A DNA stretch of 33,592 nt from Squalus acanthias (lineage: Eukaryota): NCBI GenBank assembly GCA_030390025.1, contig CM059452.1, positions 16,616,001-16,649,592 on the forward strand. Reading direction: 5' to 3'. Below the pieces are notes generated by a model, which made no database searches, was not told the origin of the DNA, and was given only the letters and a program-made list of their open reading frames with translations. The position numbers and the translations under genes are program-made. Shown here piece after piece: positions 22,425 to 33,341 of the stretch (positions are counted from its first letter, which is position 1; each line of letters starts with the position of its first letter).

Positions 22425-25400
22425 CAGAACTGCGCACAGTATTCTAAGAGCGATATGGACAGCGTAACTCTACACAGTAATCTAAGTGTGATATGGAGAC
22501 CAGGACTGTGCAGAGTATTCAAAGTGTGATATGGAGACAGAACTGTGTACAGTATTCTAATTTTGATAAGTAGATCAGAACCGTGCATGATACTCTAAGT
22601 GTGAAATGGAGAACAGAACTGTCCACAGTATTCTGAGTGTGATAGGGAGATCAGAACTGTGCCGATAACACTAAATGTAATATGGAGATCAGAACTGTGA
22701 ACAGTATTCTAAGTGTGATATGGAAACCAGAACTCTATACAGTATTCTAAGTTTGATATGACACCAGAACTGTGCATATACCTCCAAGTGTGATACGGAG
22801 ACCAGAACTCTACACAGTATTCTAAATGTGATAGGAGAACAGACCTGTGCACAGAACTCTAAATGTGATATGAGACCAGAACTGTGTACAGCATTTCTAA
22901 GTGTGATATGGAGACCAGAACTGTGCACAGTTTTCTAAGTGTGATATGAGACCAGAACTCTACACAGATTTCTAAGTTTGATATGAGATCAGAACTGTGC
23001 ACAGAACTCTAAATGTGATATGAGACCAGAACTTTACACAGTATTCTAAGTGTGATATGGAGAACAGAACTCTGCACAGTATCCTAAATGTGATAGGAGA
23101 ACAACCTGTGCACAGAACTCTAAATGTGATATGAGACCAGAACTGTGTACAGCATTCTAAGTGTGATATGGAGACCAGAACTGTGCACAGTTTTCTAAGT
23201 GTGATATGAGACCAGAACTCTACACAGATTTCTAAGTGTGATATGAGACCAGAACTGTGCACAGAACTCTAAATGTGATATGAGACCAGAACTTTGCACA
23301 GTATTCTAAGTGTGATATGGAGATCAGAACTCTGCACAGTCTTCTAAGTATGATATGGAGATCAGAATTGTGCACAGTACTCTAAGTGTAATATGGAGAC
23401 GAGAACTCTACACAGTATTCTAAGTGCGTTATGGAGACCAGAACTCTGCACAATATTGTAAGTGATATATGGAGACCGGAACTCTTCACAGTACTCAAAA
23501 TGTGATATGGAGACCAGAGCTGTGCACAGTATTTTAAATGTGATATTGGGACCAGGACTGTGCAGAGTATTCAAAGTGTGATATGGAGACCAGAACTGTG
23601 CACAGTATTCTAAGTGTGATATGGAGACCAGAACTGTGCACAGTACTCTAAGTGTGATATGGAGACCAGAACTGTGCACAGTATTCTAAGTGTGATATGG
23701 AGACCAGAACTCTGCACAGTATTCTAAGTGTGATATGGAGACCAGAACTCTGCACAGGATTCTAAGTGTGATATAAGACCAGAACTGTGCACAGAACTCT
23801 AAATGTGATACGAGACCAGGACTGTGCACAGTATTCTAAGTGTGATATGGATACCTGAACTCTGCACTGTACAGTAAGTGTGCTATGGAGACCAGAATTG
23901 TGCACAATACTTTAAGTATGATATGGAAAACAGAACTGTGCAGAGTGTACTAAATGTGACATGGAGACCAGAATTCTGCACAGTACAGTAAGTGTGATAT
24001 GGAGAGCGGAACTATACACAATATTCTAAGTGTGATATGAGACCAGAATGTGCAAATAACTCTAAATATGACATGAGAACAGAACTGTGCTACAGTACAG
24101 TAAGTGTGATATGGTGACCAGAACTGTGCATATTATTCTAAGTGTGATATGAGACCAGAACTGTGCACAGAACACTAAATATGATTTGAGACTACAACTT
24201 TGCACAGTATTCTAAGTGTGATATGGAGACCAGAATTGTGCACAATACTTTAAGTATGATGTGGAGACCAGAACTCTGCACAGTACAGTAAGTGTGATAT
24301 GGAGACATGAACTGTGGACATTACTTTAAGTATGATGTGGAGACAAGAACTGTGCACAGTATTCTAAGTGTGATATGGAGACCAGAACTGTGCACAGTAT
24401 TCTAAGTATGATATGGAGACCAGAACTGTGCACAGTATTCTAAGTGTGATATGGAGACCAGAACTGTGCACAGTATTCTAAGTGTGATATGGAGACCAGA
24501 ACTGTGCACAGTATTCTAAGTGTGATATGGAGACCAGACTGTGCACAGTATTCTAAGTGTGATATGGAGACCAGAACTGTGCACAGTATTCTATTTGTGA
24601 TATGGAGACCAGAACTGTGCACAGTATTCTAAGTGTGATATGGAGACCAGTACAGTGCACAGTATTCTAAGTGTGATATGGAGACCACAACTGTGCACAG
24701 TATTCTAAGTGTGATATGGAGACCAGAACTGTGCACAGTATTCTAAGTGTGATATGGAGACCAGAACTGTGCACAGTATTCTAAGTGTGATATGGAGACC
24801 AGAACTGTGCACAGTATTCTAAGTGTGACATGGAGACCAGAACTCTGCACAGTATTCTAAGTGTGATATGAGACCAGAACTGTGCACAGAACTCTAAATG
24901 TGATATGAGACCAGAACTGTGCACAGTATTCTAAGTGTGATATGGAGACCAGAACACTGCACAGTATTCTAAGTGTGATATGGATACCTGAACTCTGCAC
25001 TGTACAGTAAGTGTGATATGAGACCAGAATTGTGCACAGTATTCTAATGTGATATAGAGACCTGAACTCTGCTCATTACAGTAAGTGTGCTATGGAGACC
25101 AGAATTGTGCACAATACTTTAAGTATGATATGGATACCAGAACTGTGCAGAGTGTACTAAATGTGACATGGAGACCAGAATTCTGCACAGTACAGTAAAT
25201 GTGATATGGAGAGCGGAACTATACACAATATTCTAAGTGTGATATGAGACCAGAACTGTGCACTTAACTCTAAATATGACATGAGAACAGAACTGTGCAC
25301 AGTCCAGTAAGTGTGATATGGTGAGCAGAACTGTGCATATTATTCTAAGTTTGATATGAGACCAGAACTGTGCACAGAACACTAAATATGATATGAGACT

Positions 25401-25917
25401 ACAACTGTGCACAGTATTCTAAGTGTGATATGGAGGCCAGAATTATGCACAATACTTTAAGTATGATATGGATACCAGAACTGTGCAGAGTGTACTAAAT
25501 GTGACATGGAGACCAGAATTCTGCACAGTACAGTAAGTGTGATATGGAGAGCGGAACTATACACAATATTCTAAGTGTGATATGAGACCAGAACTGTGCA
25601 CATAACTCTAAATATGACATGAGAACAGAACTGTGCACAGTACAGTAAGTGTGATATGGTGACCAGAACTGTGCATATTATTCTAAGTGTGATATGAGAC
25701 CAGAACTGTGCACAGAACACTAAATATGATGTGAGACTACAACTGTGCACAGTATTCTAAGTGTGATATGGAGACCAGAACTCTGCACAGTACAACAAGT
25801 GTGATATGGAGACCAGAACTGTGCACAGTATTCTAAGTGTGATATGGAGACCAGAACTATGCACAGTATTCTAAATGTGATATGGTGACCAGAACTGTTC
25901 ACAATACTCTAAGTGTG
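22424..25917. repeat. 38-bp minisatellite array derived from CR1 ORF2
   Basis: About 92 tandem copies (length/38) of CCAGAACTGTGCACAGTATTCTAAGTGTGATATGGAGA, with 36-nt variants. The near-perfect core lies at about 24350-24850. The minus strand translates as HLEYCAQFWSPY. Confidence 0.97.
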
Positions 25918-25965
25918 GACTAACCAAATTACTATAAAAGTTGAACATATCTCCTTACCTTATGA
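25880..25965 (-). mobile_element. CR1 ORF2 remnant running directly into the 38-bp array
   Basis: Minus strand from ATG at 25946-25948: MFNFYSNLVSPHLEYCEQFWSPY, collinear with the CR1 copies in this window (EVMLNLYKSRVRPQLKYCLQFW at ~27692; LYRALVRPHLEYCVQF at ~31469). Confidence 0.85.
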
Positions 25966-25996
25966 CAGTTTTAGCCCTGTATCCCACAACACTAAC

Positions 25997-26296
25997 TTGC
26001 CATTGTGATGTTCCAGATCGACTCACTTCGTCGACCCACGCAGTAGATTGTGCTGCTCCCCACCTCTGACTCGGTGAGGGTTAACTGGCTGCTCAGGGTT
26101 TAGGTTCCCCTCTTGTTGAGCACTGACAAGTAAATCTTCTATCCAGTGGTGAGCGGCTCTTTACCTTTCTTCCAGGAAAGGCTGGTGATTTCGGGGGAGT
26201 AGTCCATCGCCAAATAGCCGAAGGTGACGGAGCCGTCGGTGTTGGGTTGTTGACAGGAGGAGAGCAGGGTGAAGAGGGTGGGAGGAGACTGTGTCG
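25997..26296 (-). pseudogene. IGHM: IgM heavy chain CH1 exon with two in-frame stops
   Basis: 300-nt phase-1 exon, cattctttcccag|CG...GCAA|gttagt. Translation (A)[97 protein letters not shown], matching recalled shark Cmu1. TAG at 26139-26141, TAA at 26100-26102, and the first intradomain Cys codon is TAT (26214-26216). Confidence 0.95.
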
Positions 26297-26569
26297 CTGG
26301 GAAAGAATGGCCAATTGAACAAGTTAGAATCTGTAATCCGTGCTCATCAAACAACCAAACAACTCGAAATTTGACTCCGGGATAATCTCATTCCATCTTT
26401 TTTCCGCACAAAGACTACATCTTCATTTGAGCTTCTGTCAGTTCCATCATTGGCACCTGTAGAACCCCTGGTCAGGAACACACCTCTCTGTCCCCGAGCC
26501 CTAACACATTACAGAAATAAGAACCTTTGCTCCTCACCTCAATAAACTATCTTTTATTGGATCATAGAA

Positions 26570-26730
26570 TAGAAGAGCAGTCTCGTTTCCCTGCTATATC
26601 GGCCAGCATTTATTTCTCAATCCACGACACTTTCATTCATTCATTTCATTGCAGTTTTTGGAAATTTGCTCTGTGCCAATTTGCTGCTCCGTTTCCTTAC
26701 AAAACAACAGTGATTATACTTCAACAGTAA
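26570..26730 (+). mobile_element. Degenerate 3' half of a second Deu-type SINE
   Basis: agaagagcag...ggccagcatttatttctcaa parallels 22337-22385, then cattgcagtttttggaaatttgctctgtgccaatttgctgctccgtttccttacaaaacaacagtgattatacttcaa resembles the recalled SINE tail. Confidence 0.65.
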
Positions 26731-27212
26731 CAGCGTAATCCGTGCTTATAAAATTAGCTATAACTCCTCAAACCTTGACTAACATAGAACTGAACAGGGA
26801 ACTTATCCATGGCCTAGTTTCTAAGATTCAAGCTGCAGATGAATCGGGATTGATTCGAACATATCTCTTTCCTTCTCAGTATTTGAGGAAGAGTGATGTA
26901 TTTCAACGCATTGTGATTTGTGCTCTGTCCCATTCTATTGAATGGATGTCTCCTGAGTTTCCTCATCCCTCCCGCTAAATTAATAATCCGAATTAAATAC
27001 GATTCCCAAGCCCGGTCAATTGGAAGTGTCTCTTTAAATGGCCAATTTCATTTACCAAAGTACCTTCCGCCTCCCACCAGTGAGAAGAGGCGCTGCTTTT
27101 TGTGTCCTAACAGGAACCACTTGTTGCTGTTTGTACCGAGCATAGTCTAAACATCGGGGCAGGTTTCTTCTCTAAATATCTAATATTGGCAATCCTTAGA
27201 CATTACAAATCT

Positions 27213-28217
27213 ATAGGAGGCAGAGAATAGTGGTGAGCGGATGTTTTACAAACTGTAGAAAATGATGCAGTGGGGTCTCCCATGGATCGGTATGAGGACT
27301 ATTGTTGTTCTTGTTATATAAAAATTACCTGGTCTTGGGTATAGGGAGTACAATTTCGAAGTTTGCAGATGATACAAAACTTGGCAAAGATGCAAATAGT
27401 GAGCAGGATAGTAGCAGACTTCAGGAGGACATAAACATACTGGGAAAATGGACAGACACATGGCAGGTGCAATTTAATGCAGACAAGTGTGAAGCGATGC
27501 ACTTTGGGAGGAACAACATGGAGAGGCAGCATAATCTGAATGGTGCTATTTTGAGGGGATGTAAGAACAGAGAGACCTGGATTTGCATATTTACAAATCG
27601 TTGAGGATGGCAGTGCAAGTTGATAAAGCTGTTATGAAAGCGTATGAGATACTTGGCTTTGTAAATGGGGGCACTGCATATAAAAAACAATGAAGTTATG
27701 CTAAACCTTTACAAATCACGGGTTAGGCCTCAGCTGAAGTATTGTTTACAATTCTGGCACCACAATTTAGGAAGAAGGACTCGGCCTTGGAGAGGGTATC
27801 GAGGAGGTTTACCAGGATGATACCAGGGATGAGAGACTTCAGTTATGTGGAGAGATTGGAGAAGCTGGGATATTCTCCTTAGAGCTGAGGTTAAGTGGAG
27901 ACCTATTAGAAGTGTTCAAAGCTATGGGAGGTTTTGATAGAACAAATAGACAGAAACTCTTTCCTCTGGCAAGTCGGTCACAGATTTAAAATAATTGGCA
28001 AAGATCTAGAGGGGAAATTGGGGTAATTTTTTCACACAGAGAGTTGCTAATTTCTGAATGCACCAGGCAGCTGGACATGTAATTGAAGAGGACTCATTTG
28101 CAGCGTTACGAGGAAAAAGCTGGGGTGTTGGGTGAAATTGGACAGCTCTTTCAGAGGCGGCACAGGCAAGACGGGCCGAATGGCCGCTTTCTGTGCTGTA
28201 ATTTGCTCTGATTCTAC
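27213..28217 (+). mobile_element. 5'-truncated CR1 LINE of a different subfamily
   Basis: ORF 27302-27604 contains TISKFADDTKLG...RLQEDINILGKWTDTWQVQFNADKCEAMHFGRNN (RT C-terminal motifs). The downstream ORF2 tail is frameshifted. 3' end gggccgaatggccgctttctgtgctgtaatttgctctgattcta. Confidence 0.92.
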
Positions 28218-28939
28218 ATGAGTCAGCGGAAATAGTTCTTCCCGATTTAATGGAAGTAAGCGCTTCATATTCTGAACACTTTCTATCAGATTTATTTTAT
28301 TGTTTGTTATAATGAAAGAGAATTTTTAAAATAAAGGGATCTGAGCAATCTGACGCAAATGAGTGAATCGGTTACTGTTGTAAAGTCTTAAAGCTCATTA
28401 TGAATGACGGCTCATTGCAGGCTGACTGTCAATCTTTAAATGTTTCACAGAAGTGCAGCTCAGTGACTGTCTGCCTTGTGTTGTGACCCAGTCCAATAAC
28501 TGCAATTCGGCCGAATTTGTCCCTTTTCAAAAGAAAATTGAACAAAAATAATGGTTTCATACTTAAATTCCCATGATGGTAATTTGGAGTGGGGGAATCA
28601 ACATTCTCCATTTAAATTGTCAAAATAACTTCCAGCCTCTCGTCAGATCAGAACAGGCGCTGCTTTCTGGAGCGTTACAGACACTTCCTGAAACTGTTTG
28701 TTCTGAAAGTGAGCTCAGGATCAGGCCTATCTCATTCAATAATTATCTGATACTCAAAATGTGTCAACAGTAACAATTCATTCAAATTTGGGCATTTTTT
28801 TCAGAAAGAACGTTAACGTCAATTAAGGTGCGTTGTGTCATTGGGGCAATAGAACGATTTATGTTTATATGTCTGGCTCAAGCACCCGCTCCTTAGTAGT
28901 TAGATGCCGATTAAGATTCCTTCAATACTGTTGGAAAAA

Positions 28940-29325
28940 ATACTCTCATGTCAGATAGAGTACAGATACAATAGAGTAAATCTCGCTCTACACTGGCCTG
29001 TCACGCGCTGTAAGGTTAGGTATAGCAAAGGTTGAATTCACCTAAAACACCCTACTGCACTGCCCTGTCAGACACTCGTTTCAAATATAGCAAGGTTTAG
29101 GTTCCGAGTAAAGCTCCCTTTACACTTTCCCTTCAAACACTCCCAGGGCAGATACAGCACGGGTTAGATACAGAGTAAAGCTCCGTCGACACTGTCCCAT
29201 CAAACACTCCCAGGGCAGGTACAGCACGGGTTAGATACAGAGTAAAGCTCCCTCTACACTGTCCCATCAAACACTCCCTGGGCAGGTACAGCATGGGTTA
29301 GAAACTGATTAAAGCTCTATCTGCA
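28940..29325. repeat. 67-bp tandem repeat, about 5-6 copies with degenerate edges
   Basis: Unit ACAGCACGGGTTAGATACAGAGTAAAGCTCCCTCTACACTGTCCCATCAAACACTCCCAGGGCAGGT; acagcac recurs at 29154 and 29221 (period 67). I recall it as a common dispersed repeat in shark DNA. Confidence 0.9.
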
Positions 29326-31148
29326 GTCTCCCTGCAGTGTCTCTGAACTGCTCCTTCTGAATGTCACAAACTCATTTACTGATCTCATTTCCGAGGCGCC
29401 TCCTCAACCTTAAAGTTAACCGTTCAAGTTTCTCACAGATAAAAGTTTCTTAAATAACTGAGTCAGATTACACTCCCTGAAATAGAGGAGAACGAAACAG
29501 GTTTACAACCAGTCAGGAGGACTCCTGATTCTCACACTGTGTGCAGGCGCACGGAAACAGACACATACGGTGCAACAATGGTGCTCCCGGCAGATAGATC
29601 TGTTCAATCTGTCAATTTCAATCAAGCTGTTTGATTTCTAATTTTATTCTTGTCAGTTTCCGACCACCTCAAATCTGCATGTTCTTTAAAATAAATCTGG
29701 TATTAATGTGAAAATCGCTTCAACATCCAACAATTTATCCCTCTCTGTCGACAATCTTGCAAACCGTGTAAGATTTAATTTCCCTCAAGGCAAGTATCTC
29801 GAAATAATTCACATTCCAGGATAATTTGCTGCCCGTAACACGGGACTCAGCGGCGGAGTAAGAATTTAACAAACCAGGAGACAGTTACATTGAAAACCGA
29901 TTACCCACTGATGTGCTATAATTATATAATTAAATAAAACCTATAAAATCATCGAGGGAAATCATGAAGTTAATTCATTAAAATCTGCGGCGACACCTTA
30001 TCGAGCCGAGCACAGCTGATAGAGAAATGTATTGTATCCTAAATTCATTTCCGATTTCACTAAACATTCTCTGCATTCCTTGAGATTTTGCAGTAACTGT
30101 AATCCTGACCAATATACAACGCAATTGTGAGAGTTCATTTTCGTTTAATGAATTAGCACTGATGTTATGTTCTAAGTTAATCTTCATGTTAACTGATTTT
30201 ACGCTGTATCATTGAAAATATTCTGTGAGCCTACCGGCCCTTCCTCCTCATAACCACCCGCACCTGGAACTGGTGTAATTAAATTAATCTGCTTGAATTT
30301 CAGTGTGTTATTTGTCATCTCCAGCCTTATTAATAACATTAATTCACAGTAATTTCAAACCTGTTTGTGACAGATAACTTGTGATATATTAGGGTTTTAA
30401 TTAAATTATCATGACAATTAATCAATATTAAATTATTAAGCATCATATTAATACATATATACATTCAGACAATATATTACTTTTACTTAAATCGAATCAC
30501 ATTTGAATAATTTAAAATGATCACGAACGTCTAATACTGTCCAGTTCTCTACCTACACCTTTTTAAACTCTGCATGTTTCAGATCTCTATGATATAACAT
30601 AAACTCCGTCTATTCTCAGCGTGAAGTTCACATTATGGGTTTAGGAGTGGATTGTTTTAAATAGTTCAATGTCCGGGCGGGGTCACATCTTACTAACTAC
30701 CGACGGGCTGTAACACCGCCTGTTTACTAAAGCTGGACTCTCGAGTTTAAATATTCTCCTCAATCGTAACCATAAAAAATATGTTTATTAATTACAAACC
30801 ACCCGGGCAGTTTGCAGTCAGTAACAGAGCCTGCGCTATTTAATAACACAGACTATCTTTTATATTTTACTCCTGTAATTCACAGAATGCCCGTAAATTC
30901 ATTATTAAATATAGTCTGCTATTGATTGAAAATAAGATCCAGTGTAAAACTGGACGAGAACAATTCTTTCAGACAATCTGCGGCACTGAACCTTAATGAG
31001 AAAATGGAGGAGAGACATTGTTCATCAAATTAATATTAATAAGAATGAAACATAACTCTCAGATATAATCTGTCCTTTGTCTATCGTTCTATCCCGTAAA
31101 GAGCAGAGCTATGGGAGACAGGATGTCGTTTTATATTGAAAATAATAT

Positions 31149-32047
31149 GAATGTAAGTTGTGAGGAGGATGCAAGAAGGCTTCAAGAGGATATAGACAGG
31201 CTAAGTGAGTGGGCAAGAACATGGAAATGGAATATAATGTAGAGGAATGTGAAGTTATCCACTTTGGTAGGAAAAATAGTAAAGCAGAGTATTTTTTAAA
31301 TGGTGAGAGATTTTGGGAAATGTTGGTGTTCAGAGGGACCTGGTTGTCCTTGTACACGAATCACTGAAAGTTAACATGCAGGTACAGCAAGTAGTTAGGA
31401 AAGCAAATGGTATGTTGAACTTTATTCCAAGAGGATTTGAGTATAAGAGTAAAGACGGCTACTGTAATTATATAGGGCCCTGGTGAGACCACACCTAGAG
31501 TATTGTGTACAGTTTTACCTAAGCAAGGATATTCTTGCCATAGACGGAGTGCAACGAAGGTTTACCAGTGTGATTGCTGGGATGGGGGGATTGTCCTGTG
31601 AGGAGAGATTTGCAGACTTGGCCTATTTTCTCTAGAGTTTAGATGAATGAGAGGTGATCTCATTAAAACATACAAAATTCTTACAGAGATTGACAGGGTA
31701 GATGTAGGGAGGATGTTTCCCCTGGCTGGGGAGTCTAGAACCAGGGGTCACAGTCTCAGAATAAGGAGTCGGCCATTTAGGACTGAGATGAGGAGAAATG
31801 TCATCACTTAGAGGGTGATGAATCTTTGGAATTCCCTTCCCGAGAGGGTTGTAGAGGCTCAGTCGTTGAGTATATTCAAGACAGAGATCGATAGATTTTT
31901 GGATATTAGGGCAATCATGGGATATGGGTATAGGGCAGGAAAGTGGAGATGAGGTAGAAGATTAGCCATGATCTTATTGAAAGGCGGAGCAGCTCGAGGG
32001 GCCAACTGGCCTAATCCTGCTCCTAATTATTACGTTATTATGTGCTT
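31149..32047 (+). mobile_element. 5'-truncated CR1 LINE, same subfamily as 17146-19334
   Basis: Aligns by eye, almost ungapped, with 18430-19334 (gaatgtaagttgtgaggaggat...gagtatattcaagacagagatcgatagatttttg...cctgctccta). Confidence 0.95.
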
Positions 32048-32861
32048 AATACATGCTTTATCTCCCGCTGAAACCGATTACAAACTGGACATTTCTCTAC
32101 CCATTGGTAGCCGGGCTATGAGAGGGTTGTTCTGGAATCCAAATCAGCACAAATTTAACTGCGCAGTGCGCGGCTGCTAATCAGTAATAAGGGAGCCTTT
32201 GCTTTAAATCAGGCGCAGAACTCTGTGAGAATATTCAAGTAAGTGCAGCGGGTTCAAGGCAATTCCACCTCTGTTTTATTTACTTTGTGATTCCCACTCA
32301 TCTCATTACAGTGTGGGTATGGGGTTATTAAAATCTCTCTCCAGCACTTCATGCAGTGCTGAATAAACGGAATGAATTATCTAGAATTATCTTTATTTGA
32401 CAATAATTAAATTAAATGGCGCGTTGATCAATGTATTATTTCTGATCCTATTTTATAATATTGTGATCATAGAATTTACCGAAAATCATGCTTTAGAAGT
32501 TATGCCATGTGAAATGATTCTTACTTGTGTAAGAGCTACAGAATAATGTAATGTTGAAATAGTTAAAACCCCTCTTGCTCCCATTCATATTCACACTAAT
32601 CTACCGCACACAGTATTTGGCAGCAATCCAGCCAACTGCTGTTAGCGAGGCTCGAACGCCCAGTGTCATTTACAGGAAGCATCTGGGGTTTCAGTACAGT
32701 AAATCAAATATCTGTTTCCTCACTACTGACCGCTTGGCTGAAACCAACTTCAAACCCATTATATTGTCAATGAGGTCATGATGTGGAGATGCCGGCGTTG
32801 GACTGGGGTGGACAAAAATGAGAAGTCGCACAACACCAGGTTATAGTCCAACAGATTTATT

Positions 32862-32908
32862 TAATTTTACAAGCTTTCGGAGCTATCGCTCCTTCGTCAG
32901 GTAAGTTA
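32862..32908 (-). ncRNA. Second, identical hammerhead motif in the inverted arm
   Basis: Exact reverse complement of 33342-33388. Confidence 0.8.
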
Positions 32909-33341
32909 GCAATGAGAGAATCTCCCAGAATTCACAATTTAAACCCAGACAAAATCTATTCACATTATTCGCTACAACATTCAGCCTCGGATCTGCGGGT
33001 AAGGGTTCTCCAAGGCGGCCTTCGAGATACACGACAGCGCAAAATCATAGAGCAGAAACTGATAGCCAAGTTCCGCACTCATGAGGATGGCCTCAATCGC
33101 GATATCGGGTTCATGTCACGATACAGAACGTGACTTGACATCATGGCCGGTTTTCCCAGGTGTTTTTTTTTTAAAAACACAAGAACACGAATTGACAGGA
33201 TATGCAGCCAGCAGGTGGTTTGACACGCTGGACCCCCTGGGACACATCTCATTGTCTTGGCTGTGCTCTTTGTTGTAGCGAATAATGTGAATAGATTTTG
33301 TCTGGGTTTAAATTGTGAATTCTGGGAGATTCTCTCATTGC

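Noticed and set aside
22424-25917. CRISPR array or Cys/His repeat protein
   Set aside because: Monomers are head-to-tail with no unique spacers, there are no cas genes, and the context is vertebrate. The peptide is a CR1 motif and 38 is not a multiple of 3.
30270-30530. AT-rich tract as an Emu-like matrix attachment region
   Set aside because: Composition alone; no specific support.
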